Shown here piece after piece: positions 50,449-60,570 of a stretch of DNA of 64,000 nt (positions are counted from its first letter, which is position 1; each line of letters starts with the position of its first letter). The DNA lies in the NCBI GenBank assembly GCA_944363715.1, contig CALVUX010000008.1:2928-66927 (forward strand), in the 5' to 3' direction. The notes below the pieces were generated by a model. The model did not search any database. It worked only from the letters and a program-made list of their open reading frames with translations, and was not told the DNA's origin. Made by a program: the position numbers and the translations under genes. This stretch comes from an uncultured Bacilli bacterium. Lineage in GTDB: Bacteria > Bacillota_I > Bacilli_A > RF39 > UBA660.

Positions 50449-50499
50449 TAATATTTTTAGTTTGTGAGTTAGAATATTTTTTGTAAGATAGAGAGGTAG

Positions 50500-52638
50500 T
50501 TGATGTACATGAAGGATATTATGATTGTAAAAAGAAATGGTAATTTGGAAAAGTTTGATCCTGAACGAGTTAGGAAAGCAGTTAGAAGTAGTGCTGAACG
50601 TGTTATGGTTGATTTAACTGATGATGCTATGAATAAAATTGTTAATAAAGTAGTGGAGCTTTTAGAAACACAGACAAGTAATCCTACTGTTGAACAAGTA
50701 CATAGTTGTTGTGAAGTAGCACTTGAATCTATTAATCCTTTGGTTGCAAAGAGTTATAGAGAGTATAGAGATTATAAGAAAGATATTGTTCATATATTAG
50801 ATGAAGTCTATAAAAAGAGCCAGGTTATTACTTATATAGGTGATAAAGATTGTGCTAATATGGATAGTGCTTTGGTTACGACGCAGAGATGTTTAATATA
50901 TAATAGTCTTAATAAAGAATTATATAAGAAATTCTTTTTAACTAGTGCTGAAATAGAGGCTTGTAAAGATGGTTATATCTATATTCATGATATGAGTGCA
51001 AGACGTGATACGATGAATTGTTGTTTGTTTGATATTGCTAATGTCTTAAAAGATGGGTTTGAGATGAGTAATATTTGGTATACAGAGCCTAAAACATTAC
51101 AAACAGCTTTTAATGTTATAGGGGATGTTACTATTAATACTACTGCAATGCAGTATGGTGGGTTTACTCTTCCAGAGATTGATACTGTATTAAAGAAATA
51201 TGCTAAGAAAAGTTATGATATGTATTATAAAGAGTATTTAAATATTAAAGGTAAAGATTATGCTTCTGAAGCGGAGGATTATGCTTGGAAGAAGACAGTT
51301 AGAGAATGTGAACAGGGTTATCAGGGATTTGAATATAAACTAAATACTGTTTCATCTAGTAGAGGAGATTATCCTTTTGTTACTCTTACTTTTGGAGTAG
51401 ATAAAGATAAGTTTGCAGTTATGATTACTAAGACTATATTAGATGTACATAGAGAAGGTCAAGGTAAGAAAGGGTTTAAGAGACCTACTGTATTTCCTAA
51501 GTTAGTATTTTTATATGATAAGAAAGTGCATGGTGAAGGGGGAGAGTTAAGAGATAGTTTTCTTACTGCTATTAAATGTAGTGAGAAGACAATGTATCCT
51601 GATTATTTATCATTATCAGGAGAAGGTTATGTTCCAGAAATGTATAAGAAATATAAGAGAATTGTTAGTCCTATGGGGTGTCGTGCATTTCTTTCTCCTT
51701 GGTATGAACGTGGGGGAATGGAACCTGTTGATAAAGATGATAAACCTGTTTTTATTGGAAGGTTTAATATAGGGGCAATATCTTTACATTTACCTATGAT
51801 ACTTGCTAAAGCTCGTGAAGAACAGAAAGACTTTTATGAAGTGCTTGATTATTACTTAGAGATGATTCGTAGGATTCATATTCGTACTTATCGATATCTA
51901 TCTAAACGTAAAGCTTCTACTAATCCTTTAGCTTACTGTCAAGGAGGTTTTTATGGAGGTAATTTGAAGCCAGAAGAGCCTATTGAACCTATTTTGAAAA
52001 GTTCTACAGCATCTTTTGGTATTACGGCTTTAAATGAATTACAAGTTCTATATAATGGTAAGAGTATTGTTGAAGATGGATCTTTTGCTCTTGAAGTTAT
52101 GAAATATATTAATAAGAAGACTACTGAGTTTAAAAAAGAAGATAATATTCTTTATGCTATATATGGAACACCAGCTGAGAGTTTATGTGGTCTTCAAATA
52201 AAACAATTCCGTAAAAAATATGGTATTATTCCTGGAGTTAGTTCCCGTGAATATGTTTCTAACAGCTTTCATTGTGGTGTTTGGGAAGATATTAGTGGTA
52301 TAGAAAAACAAGACTTGGAAGATAGATTTTGGGAACTATTTAAAGGGGGTAGAATACAGTATGTTCGTTATAATTTAAGTTATAATACTAAAGCAATGCT
52401 TACTTATGTAGAAAGAGCGATGGACAAAGGCTTTTATGAAGGTGTTAATCTTTCACTTGCTTACTGTAATAACTGTGGCCATGAAGAATTAGATATGGAT
52501 GTTTGTCCTAAGTGTGGAAGTAGTGATTTAACAAAGATAGATAGAATGAATGGATACCTTTCTTACTCAAGAGTTCATGGTGATACAATGCTTGGTAATG
52601 CAAAGATGGTAGAAATTTCAGAAAGGAAATCTATGTGA
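50500..52638 (+). CDS. nrdD: Anaerobic ribonucleoside-triphosphate reductase (class III), copy 1, with fused glycyl-radical C-terminus
   Basis: ATP-cone N-terminus, C-terminal Zn ribbon CNNCG...CPKCG, then RMNGYLS...NAK. Confidence 0.85.
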   Translation: MMYMKDIMIVKRNGNLEKFDPERVRKAVRSSAERVMVDLTDDAMNKIVNKVVELLETQTSNPTVEQVHSCCEVALESINPLVAKSYREYRDYKKDIVHILDEVYKKSQVITYIGDKDCANMDSALVTTQRCLIYNSLNKELYKKFFLTSAEIEACKDGYIYIHDMSARRDTMNCCLFDIANVLKDGFEMSNIWYTEPKTLQTAFNVIGDVTINTTAMQYGGFTLPEIDTVLKKYAKKSYDMYYKEYLNIKGKDYASEAEDYAWKKTVRECEQGYQGFEYKLNTVSSSRGDYPFVTLTFGVDKDKFAVMITKTILDVHREGQGKKGFKRPTVFPKLVFLYDKKVHGEGGELRDSFLTAIKCSEKTMYPDYLSLSGEGYVPEMYKKYKRIVSPMGCRAFLSPWYERGGMEPVDKDDKPVFIGRFNIGAISLHLPMILAKAREEQKDFYEVLDYYLEMIRRIHIRTYRYLSKRKASTNPLAYCQGGFYGGNLKPEEPIEPILKSSTASFGITALNELQVLYNGKSIVEDGSFALEVMKYINKKTTEFKKEDNILYAIYGTPAESLCGLQIKQFRKKYGIIPGVSSREYVSNSFHCGVWEDISGIEKQDLEDRFWELFKGGRIQYVRYNLSYNTKAMLTYVERAMDKGFYEGVNLSLAYCNNCGHEELDMDVCPKCGSSDLTKIDRMNGYLSYSRVHGDTMLGNAKMVEISERKSM

Positions 52639-52639
52639 T

Positions 52640-52909
52640 ATGTATAATTGTGATAAAGTTAAAGATATTTTAGGGGATAAGGTCATAGTTATCGCTATTG
52701 AAGAACTAGCAGAACTTACTCAACAACTTACAAAAGGGTTACGTGGTAAGATGAATAGAGAAGATTTGTTGGAAGAGTATGCTGATTGTTTAATCGTAAT
52801 GGAATGGATTAAGGAGTATTATGATTTAAGTGATGAAGAGATAAAGAGATGGCTTGATAAGAAGAATGAACGTAATAGGAAGAAAATAGAAGAGGGGGTG
52901 TTTAGGTGA
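52640..52909 (+). CDS. MazG-like nucleotide pyrophosphohydrolase (small)
   Basis: EEL.EL...L...R.....EE.aDcLi motif of the MazG/HisE superfamily. Confidence 0.5.
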   Translation: MYNCDKVKDILGDKVIVIAIEELAELTQQLTKGLRGKMNREDLLEEYADCLIVMEWIKEYYDLSDEEIKRWLDKKNERNRKKIEEGVFR

Positions 52910-53451
52910 GATATCATAATATAACAAAAGCAGATATGCTTAATGGAGAAGGACTTAGAGTTGTTTTGTGGGTATCAGGATGTTCTCATCATTGCCATGC
53001 TTGTCAAAATGCTATGACATGGGATCCTAATGATGGGTTAGTCTTTGATGATTCTGCTAAAAAGGAAATCTTTGATGAGTTAGGAAAAGAATGGTGTAGT
53101 GGTATAACTTTATCAGGAGGAGATCCTTTGTTTTTAGGCAATAGATGTGAAATATCTAAATTAGTTAAAGAGATTAGAGAAAAGTTTAGAGATAAAACTA
53201 TCTGGCTTTATACAGGTTATACATGGGAAGAGTTATTAGAACAAAAAGATAATGATAAAAACTTGGATACTATTTTAAATAATATCGATGTATTACTTGA
53301 TGGGAGATTTGTTTTGAAACTAGCTTCAGAGAAAATACATTATGTTGGTAGTAGTAATCAGTGTATTATTGATGTTCCTAAGAGTTTAAAGAAGAATAAA
53401 AAGGTATTATATATAGATAATAGTAAAATATTAGAAGGAGTAGTAGAGTAA
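52906..53451 (+). CDS. nrdG: Anaerobic RNR activating protein (radical SAM), copy 1
   Basis: CSHHCHAC (CxxxCxxC) and LSGGDPL. Confidence 0.85.
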   Translation: MRYHNITKADMLNGEGLRVVLWVSGCSHHCHACQNAMTWDPNDGLVFDDSAKKEIFDELGKEWCSGITLSGGDPLFLGNRCEISKLVKEIREKFRDKTIWLYTGYTWEELLEQKDNDKNLDTILNNIDVLLDGRFVLKLASEKIHYVGSSNQCIIDVPKSLKKNKKVLYIDNSKILEGVVE

Positions 53452-53879
53452 TGGAAGAAAGATTAAGAGAAGGATTTACATTAATTATGAGTGGAGAATA
53501 TGATAGTATTTCTGGAGGATACTTGAAAAAAGGTAAGGATGGTATGATACCAACTTGCTTAATAGGGAATGAGGTAAAAACTTTAGAGGAATTTCCTTTA
53601 GTATTGGAAACTATAGAAAATAGAAAAATATTGCAATTATATTCATCAGGAAATGATGTAGTTGCTATGATTGGGTCTAGGCATTATGATGGTCCTTATA
53701 ATGAATCAGAGTATTTAGAGGTTAAGAACTTTGCTAAAGATGATAATCTTATTTGTGTTTTAAGTGAATTGAATTCGCAACTATCTAAAAACGAGGAAAA
53801 AGAAGATGCTAAGACTTATAGAAAAGCTTATAAATTATATGGTAGTGATAAATATAAATTAAAGGAGGATAATAAATAA
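53451..53879 (+). CDS. Hypothetical protein (142 aa)
   Basis: ORF, translationally coupled within the operon. Confidence 0.4.
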   Translation: MEERLREGFTLIMSGEYDSISGGYLKKGKDGMIPTCLIGNEVKTLEEFPLVLETIENRKILQLYSSGNDVVAMIGSRHYDGPYNESEYLEVKNFAKDDNLICVLSELNSQLSKNEEKEDAKTYRKAYKLYGSDKYKLKEDNK

Positions 53880-54334
53880 TGAGAAAAAGAGGTTTTGAAG
53901 TAGTAAAGGGGTATGAAGATAAGGGGATTAATTTACCAGTTAGGAAGACAAAATATGCAGCGGCATATGATGTAGAAGCAGCGGAGGATATAGTTATTCC
54001 TAAATATTATCCAGGAATTAAACCAACATTAATTCCTACAGGATTAAAAGCATATTGTATGGAGGATGAGTGTTATCTTTTACTTAATAGAAGTAGTGGC
54101 CCTAAAAAAGGTTTTATACTTGCTAATAGTGTAGGATTAGTTGATCATGACTATTATGGAAATGAATCTAATGATGGACATTTTTACTTTGCATATTTTA
54201 ATTGTAGTGATCATGATATTGAAGTTAAAAAGGGAGATGTTATTGGTCAAGTAATGTTTCAAAAATATTTAATAGTTGATAATGATGAAGCAGAAGGAAT
54301 AAGAACTGGAGGATTTGGCTCTACTGATAAATAA
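53879..54334 (+). CDS. dut: dUTP diphosphatase
   Basis: dUTPase motifs RSSGPKKGFILANSVGLVDHDYYG and C-terminal GGFGSTD. ~150 aa. Confidence 0.75.
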   Translation: MRKRGFEVVKGYEDKGINLPVRKTKYAAAYDVEAAEDIVIPKYYPGIKPTLIPTGLKAYCMEDECYLLLNRSSGPKKGFILANSVGLVDHDYYGNESNDGHFYFAYFNCSDHDIEVKKGDVIGQVMFQKYLIVDNDEAEGIRTGGFGSTDK

Positions 54335-54424
54335 TTTGAATAAATATTTCCTCAAAATGTAAAATGAAATTTGCTTTTTTTGTAAAATAATGATATACTT
54401 ATTTTGTAAAAAAAGGAGGATACT

Positions 54425-55684
54425 ATGAAATATTTACCAAGAATTGTGGATAAAGAAATAGATGAACTTATGGAGATTATGGGTGCTATATTAATTGAAG
54501 GTTGTAAATGGTGTGGTAAGTCTACAACTGGTTTATATCATGCTAAGAGTGTTATTGAATTTCAAAATCCAGATAGAAAGCAAGAGTATGATAATATAAG
54601 AAATACTAAACCATCACTATTTCTAAATGGCGAAAAACCAAGGATGTTTGATGAATGGCAAATGTATCCTGTTGTTTGGGATTCTGTTCGTACAGATGTT
54701 GATCATACTGGATTAAAAGGACAATACATACTTACAGGGTCGGCTAAACCTAGTGAAGGAGAAACAATGCATACTGGAACTGGTAGAATTTCAAGAGTAT
54801 TAATGCGTCCTATGAGTTTATTTGAATCAAAAGAATCGACTGGAGAGGTTTCTTTTGGTGATATACTTGCAGGTAAAGATATATCTGGAGTATCAAAATT
54901 ATCACTTGAAGATATAGCAAGTATTATTGTAAGAGGTGGTTGGCCTGCTTCTATTTCCATTAAAAGTGATGCTAAATATAGAATTGCTAAAGAATATGTT
55001 AAATCATTAATACATGAAGAGGTAAGAAGTGTAGATGGTGTAGAAAGAAATACAGAAAAAATGCAGAATGTTTTAAGAAGTCTTGCTAGAAATATATCAA
55101 CACAAGTTTCTAATTCAACTATAGAAGCTGATATTAAAAAAACTAGTGATGATGATATATCTAGGCCTACGTTAACAGATTATTTAAACACTTTAGAGAA
55201 ATTATTTGTTATTGAAGATGTTAATGCTACTAATTTAAATCTTAGAAGTAAGTATGCATTAAGAACAAAACCTAAAAAATATTTTGTAGATCCTTCTATT
55301 GCAACTGCTATTCTTGATTTGAAACCTATGGATTTAATTAATGACTTAAACACATTTGGTTTTATGTTTGAATCACTTTGCATTAGAGATTTAAAAATAT
55401 ATACAGAAAGTTTAGGTGGAGATGTAACATTTTATCGTGATGAAAGAGGGTTTGAAGTGGATGCAATTCTTAGAATGCCTAGTGGTAAGTGGGGAGCAAT
55501 AGAGATAAAACTTGGAGCAGGTTATATTGATGAGGCTGCTAATATTCTTTTAAAATTTAAGGAACATGTTGATATTAAAAAGTGTGGCGAGCCATCTTTC
55601 TTATTGGTATTAACAGGTACTAATTACTCTTATAAACGTGATGATGGTGTTTATGTAGTGTCTATTGGGACTTTAAAAAACTAG
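54425..55684 (+). CDS. AAA-superfamily ATPase with C-terminal DUF4143 (AAA_14/DUF4143 architecture)
   Basis: Walker A GCKWCGKST and the domain order typical of this widespread family. Confidence 0.7.
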   Translation: MKYLPRIVDKEIDELMEIMGAILIEGCKWCGKSTTGLYHAKSVIEFQNPDRKQEYDNIRNTKPSLFLNGEKPRMFDEWQMYPVVWDSVRTDVDHTGLKGQYILTGSAKPSEGETMHTGTGRISRVLMRPMSLFESKESTGEVSFGDILAGKDISGVSKLSLEDIASIIVRGGWPASISIKSDAKYRIAKEYVKSLIHEEVRSVDGVERNTEKMQNVLRSLARNISTQVSNSTIEADIKKTSDDDISRPTLTDYLNTLEKLFVIEDVNATNLNLRSKYALRTKPKKYFVDPSIATAILDLKPMDLINDLNTFGFMFESLCIRDLKIYTESLGGDVTFYRDERGFEVDAILRMPSGKWGAIEIKLGAGYIDEAANILLKFKEHVDIKKCGEPSFLLVLTGTNYSYKRDDGVYVVSIGTLKN

Positions 55685-55703
55685 TTAATTTTTTTGATAT
55701 TTT

Positions 55704-55750
55704 AAATAATCATTTTTTTAAAAAAAATAAAAAATGATTATTTTTTTGTG
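55704..55750. terminator. Perfect 15-bp palindrome aaataatcatttttt/aaaaaatgattattt plus T-run (bidirectional terminator)
   Basis: 15-bp perfect stem, 10-nt loop, T8 downstream. Confidence 0.65.
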
Positions 55751-55999
55751 CATAGTTATTGAAAAATAAGAAAATTGATGCTGTCAAAATTTATATTTTT
55801 TCAAAAAAATCAAAAATGATTTTTAGAAAAAATATAAAAATGTATATAAATGTAAATTGTCGTAAATCGAACAAATTAAATTTTTTTAGGAAAACTATAT
55901 ATATCAATGCTTTTATAAAAAACGTGATTTTTTTCTTAAAATTTCCTATTGATTTTTGAAAATACAGCTCTTACAATTGACTTAAATAGGAGGTAAAAT

Positions 56000-58330
56000 A
56001 TGACAGGAGTAAATGAATTAAATGAAGAATTAGAAGGTGTTACAGTAATTAAAAGAAATGGTAAAAAAGTAGACTTTGATGGAGCGAAAATAGCTTTAGC
56101 CATAAAAAAAGGTTTTGATAGTGTTGAAGTAGATGATGATGAGAGCGAAAAAGAAAAGAAATATAACTTTTCTGATATTCAAAAAGTATATAGTGCAGTT
56201 TTAAAAAAAATAAAGAAAGATGCAGAAGAAAAAAATAATCGCTTTAAAATTGAAGAGATTCAAGACTATATAGAAACAGAATTATCTAGTAAAGGATATG
56301 AAGATGTATATAAATCATTTTCTGAATATAGAGAAAGAAGAAATCAGTCAAGAGAATCTTTCTTTGGAGATAATAAGACTCATAAGTTCTTAAAATCATT
56401 AGAGAATCTTGGGCTTAAGTCTGCTAATGAAGAAGATGCAAAACGTGAAAATGCTAATATTGATGGAAATAGTCCAATGGGTACGATGTTACAATATGGT
56501 GCGACTGTATCTAAAGAATTTTCTAAAGCATACTTAATGAAAAAAGAATATGCAGAAGCTCATGATAATGGAACAATTCATATTCATGATATGGACTTCT
56601 TAGCAATGGGTACTACTACTTGTTGTCAGATAGATTTAGCAAGACTATTTAAAAATGGTTTTGATACAGGACATGGATATGTTAGACCACCTCAAGATAT
56701 TTCAACTTATGCATCACTTGCTTGTATCGTTATTCAAGCTAATCAAAATGATCAACATGGAGGACAAGCAATACCGGCACTTGATTATTATCTTGCACCA
56801 GGTGTACTTAAAACATTTAAAAAACAGTTTAAACAAACAATTTATGATTTTCTTGATTTAGAAGGATTTATTCCAGGTATTAATATAGATAGAATTGTTA
56901 GAGAAATAGATAAACAAGAATCAATTGAATTTGATATTAAAGAATTTAGTGATTATAAGAAAGGCTCTAGTAGAGTTCATGAAATATTTGAAAAGAGTTA
57001 TCTTAAAGCAATGCAAAAAACTGATAGAGCGACTGAACAAGCTATGGAAGCATTTATTCATAATTTAAATACAATGCATTCTAGAGCAGGTGCACAAGTT
57101 CCATTTTCATCAGTTAACTTTGGAACAGATATAACTCCAGAAGGTAGAATGGTAGTTAAGAATTTCTTACTTTCTTTAGATAGAGGTCTTGGAAAAGGAG
57201 AAACACCAATCTTTCCAGTATCAATATTTAAAGTAAAAGAGGGAGTTAATTATAATAAGGAAGATCCTAACTATGATTTATTTAAACTTGCTTGTAAGGT
57301 ATCTGCTAAAAGACTTTTCCCTAACTTTGCTTTTGTAGATGCTCCATTTAATAAGCAATATTATAAAGAAGGAGACTTTAATACAGAGATTGCTTATATG
57401 GGTTGTAGAACAAGAGTAATAGGGGACATTACTAGTCCAGATAATGAGATAGTAACTGGTCGTGGTAATTTATCTTTTACTACTATTAACTTACCAAGAT
57501 TAGGCATTAAATATGGTATAGCTTTAAAAGAAAGAGATAAGGCAGATATGGATGGGTTCTATAAAGAACTTGAGAGTATCATGGATATGGTTAAAGATCA
57601 ATTACTTGAAAGATTTGAAGTTCAGTGTAGTAAACATAGTTATAACTTCCCATTCTTACTTGGACAGGGTATTTGGACTAATGGCGAGAAGTTAAAACCA
57701 ACTGATAGACTTAGAAAAGTATGGAAACATGGTACTTTATCTACAGGATTTATTGGACTTGCAGAATGTTTAAAAGCTTTAACTGGTAAACATCATGGTG
57801 AAAGTGAAGAAAGTGAAAAGTTAGGTTTAGAAATCATTACATTTATGAGAAAACGTTGTGATGAGTATTCTCGTAAATATAACTTAAACTTTACTTGTCT
57901 TGCTACTCCTGCAGAAGGATTAAGTGGTAGATTTACAGGAATTGACAGAGCGATATATGGAAAGATTAAAGGTGTTACTGATAGAGAATATTATACAAAT
58001 TCATTCCATGTACCAGTTTATTATAATATAAGTATTACTGATAAGATTGAGAAAGAGGCACCTTTCCATGGACTTACTAATGGAGGACATATTTCTTATA
58101 TTGAGTTAGATGGTGATGCTGCTTCTAATGTTGAGGCATTTGAGAAAGTAATTCGCGTTATGAAAGAAGCAGGTATTGGATATGGTGCGATTAACCATCC
58201 AGTTGATAGAGATCCTGTTTGTGGATATGTTGGAGTAATTAATGATGTTTGTCCTAAATGTGGACGTCATGAATTTGAAGGGGTTCCAATGGAAGTAATA
58301 ACTTCATTAGATAGTAATTGTTGTGAATAA
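56000..58330 (+). CDS. nrdD: Anaerobic ribonucleoside-triphosphate reductase (class III), copy 2, large subunit lacking the glycyl-radical tail
   Basis: ATP-cone and NrdD core. It ends just after the Zn ribbon (VCGYVGVINDVCPKCG...SNCCE*). Confidence 0.9.
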   Translation: MTGVNELNEELEGVTVIKRNGKKVDFDGAKIALAIKKGFDSVEVDDDESEKEKKYNFSDIQKVYSAVLKKIKKDAEEKNNRFKIEEIQDYIETELSSKGYEDVYKSFSEYRERRNQSRESFFGDNKTHKFLKSLENLGLKSANEEDAKRENANIDGNSPMGTMLQYGATVSKEFSKAYLMKKEYAEAHDNGTIHIHDMDFLAMGTTTCCQIDLARLFKNGFDTGHGYVRPPQDISTYASLACIVIQANQNDQHGGQAIPALDYYLAPGVLKTFKKQFKQTIYDFLDLEGFIPGINIDRIVREIDKQESIEFDIKEFSDYKKGSSRVHEIFEKSYLKAMQKTDRATEQAMEAFIHNLNTMHSRAGAQVPFSSVNFGTDITPEGRMVVKNFLLSLDRGLGKGETPIFPVSIFKVKEGVNYNKEDPNYDLFKLACKVSAKRLFPNFAFVDAPFNKQYYKEGDFNTEIAYMGCRTRVIGDITSPDNEIVTGRGNLSFTTINLPRLGIKYGIALKERDKADMDGFYKELESIMDMVKDQLLERFEVQCSKHSYNFPFLLGQGIWTNGEKLKPTDRLRKVWKHGTLSTGFIGLAECLKALTGKHHGESEESEKLGLEIITFMRKRCDEYSRKYNLNFTCLATPAEGLSGRFTGIDRAIYGKIKGVTDREYYTNSFHVPVYYNISITDKIEKEAPFHGLTNGGHISYIELDGDAASNVEAFEKVIRVMKEAGIGYGAINHPVDRDPVCGYVGVINDVCPKCGRHEFEGVPMEVITSLDSNCCE

Positions 58331-58356
58331 TAAAAAATAAGAAGGAGGAATTATAT

Positions 58357-58527
58357 ATGAAAAAAATAGTTGGAGAAGGACAAAAATTTGAAAGGATTAG
58401 ACGTATTACAGGTTATTTAGTAGGTGATGTTGATAGATTTAATAATGGTAAACGTGCTGAAGAGGCTGACCGTGTTAAACATAGTGGTTTAAATGATGTT
58501 GTAAAAAATAAAAAAGAAGGTAAGTAG
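58357..58527 (+). CDS. Stand-alone NrdD glycyl-radical domain protein (56 aa)
   Basis: Own SD aaggagg 8 nt upstream of the ATG. RRITGYLVGDVDRFNNGKRAEEADRVKH aligns with the NrdD C-terminal RR(V/I)(C/T)GYL...N.GK.EE...RVKH. Different frame from nrdD2. Confidence 0.65.
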   Translation: MKKIVGEGQKFERIRRITGYLVGDVDRFNNGKRAEEADRVKHSGLNDVVKNKKEGK

Positions 58528-58528
58528 G

Positions 58529-59080
58529 ATGAAAATAAGACTAGCGGCATCATTACAACCTGATTCTATTGTAGATGGAGAAGGGGTAAGAACTGTTATT
58601 TGGACACAAGGGTGTCCTCATGCTTGTCCAGGATGTCAAAATCCAGGAACTCATGACTTTGATGGTGGGGCTTTGTTTGATGTTAGTGAAGTAATAGATG
58701 AGTTAAAGACTATTAAAAATCAAGATGGTATTACCTTATCTGGAGGAGATCCTGTATGTCAAGCAGAAGCTTGCTATGAGATTAGTAAAGCTGCACATGA
58801 GATGGGACTTAACGTATGGTGTTATACAGGATATACTTACGAAACGATGTTTAAAAATCCTAAGATGAAGAAGTTACTAAGTGAAGTAGATGTCTTAGTA
58901 GATGGTAAATTTATCTTAGAAGAGAAAAGTTTAAATATTTATTATAGAGGCTCAAGAAATCAAAGAGTTATAGATGTTCCTAAAAGTCTAAAACAAGAAA
59001 GAGTAGTTCTTATAGATAGATATATGAAAGATAAGAGTTATGAGGAAACTTATAAAAAGCCAGATTATATGTTTATATAG
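58529..59080 (+). CDS. nrdG: Anaerobic RNR activating protein (radical SAM), copy 2
   Basis: CPHACPGC (CxxxCxxC) and LSGGDPV. Confidence 0.85.
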   Translation: MKIRLAASLQPDSIVDGEGVRTVIWTQGCPHACPGCQNPGTHDFDGGALFDVSEVIDELKTIKNQDGITLSGGDPVCQAEACYEISKAAHEMGLNVWCYTGYTYETMFKNPKMKKLLSEVDVLVDGKFILEEKSLNIYYRGSRNQRVIDVPKSLKQERVVLIDRYMKDKSYEETYKKPDYMFI

Positions 59081-59140
59081 TCTCGCTTTTTTTCTTTCTT
59101 TATGATAATATATTTATATAAGATAAAAGGAGTTGAAACT

Positions 59141-59383
59141 ATGGAAGAAACTAAATTTAAAATTGAAGTTGATGGTGAAGTTAAGGAAGCAGAAATGTTA
59201 AAGGTTGTTAGTCTTGATGGTAATAACTATGCTATTTATGCAATTGATAAAGGTGATGAGACTAGTGATATCTTAGCTTCTCGTATAATTAAAGATGATG
59301 AAGGTAAAGATACTTTAGTTGATTTAGAGACTGATGAAGAAAGAGCTAAGATAAGAGATATAGTAAATGCAATGTTTTCATAA
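59141..59383 (+). CDS. DUF1292 family small acidic protein
   Basis: SD aaaaggag precedes the ATG at 59141. The E/D-rich YAIYAIDKGDE pattern fits DUF1292. The track ORF starts at 59102. Confidence 0.45.
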   Translation: MEETKFKIEVDGEVKEAEMLKVVSLDGNNYAIYAIDKGDETSDILASRIIKDDEGKDTLVDLETDEERAKIRDIVNAMFS

Positions 59384-59388
59384 GGTGA

Positions 59389-60570
59389 GTGATAAAAATG
59401 GTTATGTCATTAAAAGAGTTAGATGAACAACTTAAGTCTGCTGAAGAGGAAGTAGTTTCTAGCTTAGAGGAGTATAAGAATGCAAAGGCAACGCTTAGAA
59501 AAGCTAGAATTACTTCTATTTCTACTAAACTTCTTGCTCCGTTTAGACGTTTTAGAATAGAACAGGCAATTGCAAAATATGATGCAATGATAGAGAAAAT
59601 AGAGAAGAAACGTGAAAAAGAGATTAGAAGAGCAGAGAAGTTACAAGAGAAAGAAGAAAGATTAGAAAGAAAACAAGCAAAAGCAGACTTTAAGGCTGCT
59701 ATTAGAGATAAAAGAAAAGAAGATATAGTTAACTTTGTTAATGATAAGAAAGATGATATTATTAGTTTTGGTGAAGAAATTGGTAAAGAAGTTAGTGATA
59801 CTTTTTCCTATATAAAAGAAACGAGTATTAGTAGAGTTAGTAGTGTAGCATCATTTGTTATTAATGTTAAGAATTCTGCTATTAAAAAAGTAAAAGAAAA
59901 TACTACTATAGATTTAACTATTAAGAATGCTATAGAAGAAGTTAGGTTAAAGTATGCTACTAATAAACTTAATAGAGCAGTAGAGCAAAAGAGAAAAGAA
60001 GAAGAGAAAGCTAGAGAACAAGAATTAAGCGATGCTATAAAATTTGATGAAGAGATTAAAGCAGATTACAAAGAAAGAGATATTCCTTTTGCTAATATAC
60101 AAGAAAAAATAGATAAAGCACGTAAAGATAAATCTTATATGGGAAAAGCTACTAATAGAGCGATAGATTATTTTAGAAAAAAGAAAGATAGTCTAGATGA
60201 TAAAGTTTTTAATGCTAGAGCTAATATGGCATATGCTAGTTTTGTAGTTGATGGTAAAGTTTCTAGGGCTAAAAGTAAAGTTGTAACAATGTTTAATATT
60301 CAATTAGATCATTTTAAAGATAAATATGATACTATTATGCAAGAAAGGAATATTAAAAAATCTGAAAAAATACAGCTAGCTTCTGATAAAGAACGTCTTA
60401 AACAAAGAAAAAAAGATATGATAGCAGCATTAAGAGAACAAGAAGAAAAAAATATTTCTATTAAAAGAGCTCAGTTAGATAGTATGAGAGAAGCAATTGG
60501 GGCTGTTAATAGTACTGGAGATATTTTTGCAAATGCTCCTGGTCTTGATGTTGGTAGAGCTATGAAGTAA
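59389..60570 (+). CDS. Coiled-coil K/E-rich hypothetical protein
   Basis: ORF with low-complexity KE-rich repeats. Confidence 0.4.
   Translation: MIKMVMSLKELDEQLKSAEEEVVSSLEEYKNAKATLRKARITSISTKLLAPFRRFRIEQAIAKYDAMIEKIEKKREKEIRRAEKLQEKEERLERKQAKADFKAAIRDKRKEDIVNFVNDKKDDIISFGEEIGKEVSDTFSYIKETSISRVSSVASFVINVKNSAIKKVKENTTIDLTIKNAIEEVRLKYATNKLNRAVEQKRKEEEKAREQELSDAIKFDEEIKADYKERDIPFANIQEKIDKARKDKSYMGKATNRAIDYFRKKKDSLDDKVFNARANMAYASFVVDGKVSRAKSKVVTMFNIQLDHFKDKYDTIMQERNIKKSEKIQLASDKERLKQRKKDMIAALREQEEKNISIKRAQLDSMREAIGAVNSTGDIFANAPGLDVGRAMK

Noticed and set aside
55759-55959. 66-aa ORF in the nrdD2 upstream region, and possible NrdR boxes (e.g. aaaactatatatatcaatg)
   Set aside because: The ORF is low-complexity and AT-rich, and lies in a promoter region. 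The candidate NrdR boxes match the acaCwAtATaTwGtgt consensus at only ~10/16 positions, which is too weak to call.
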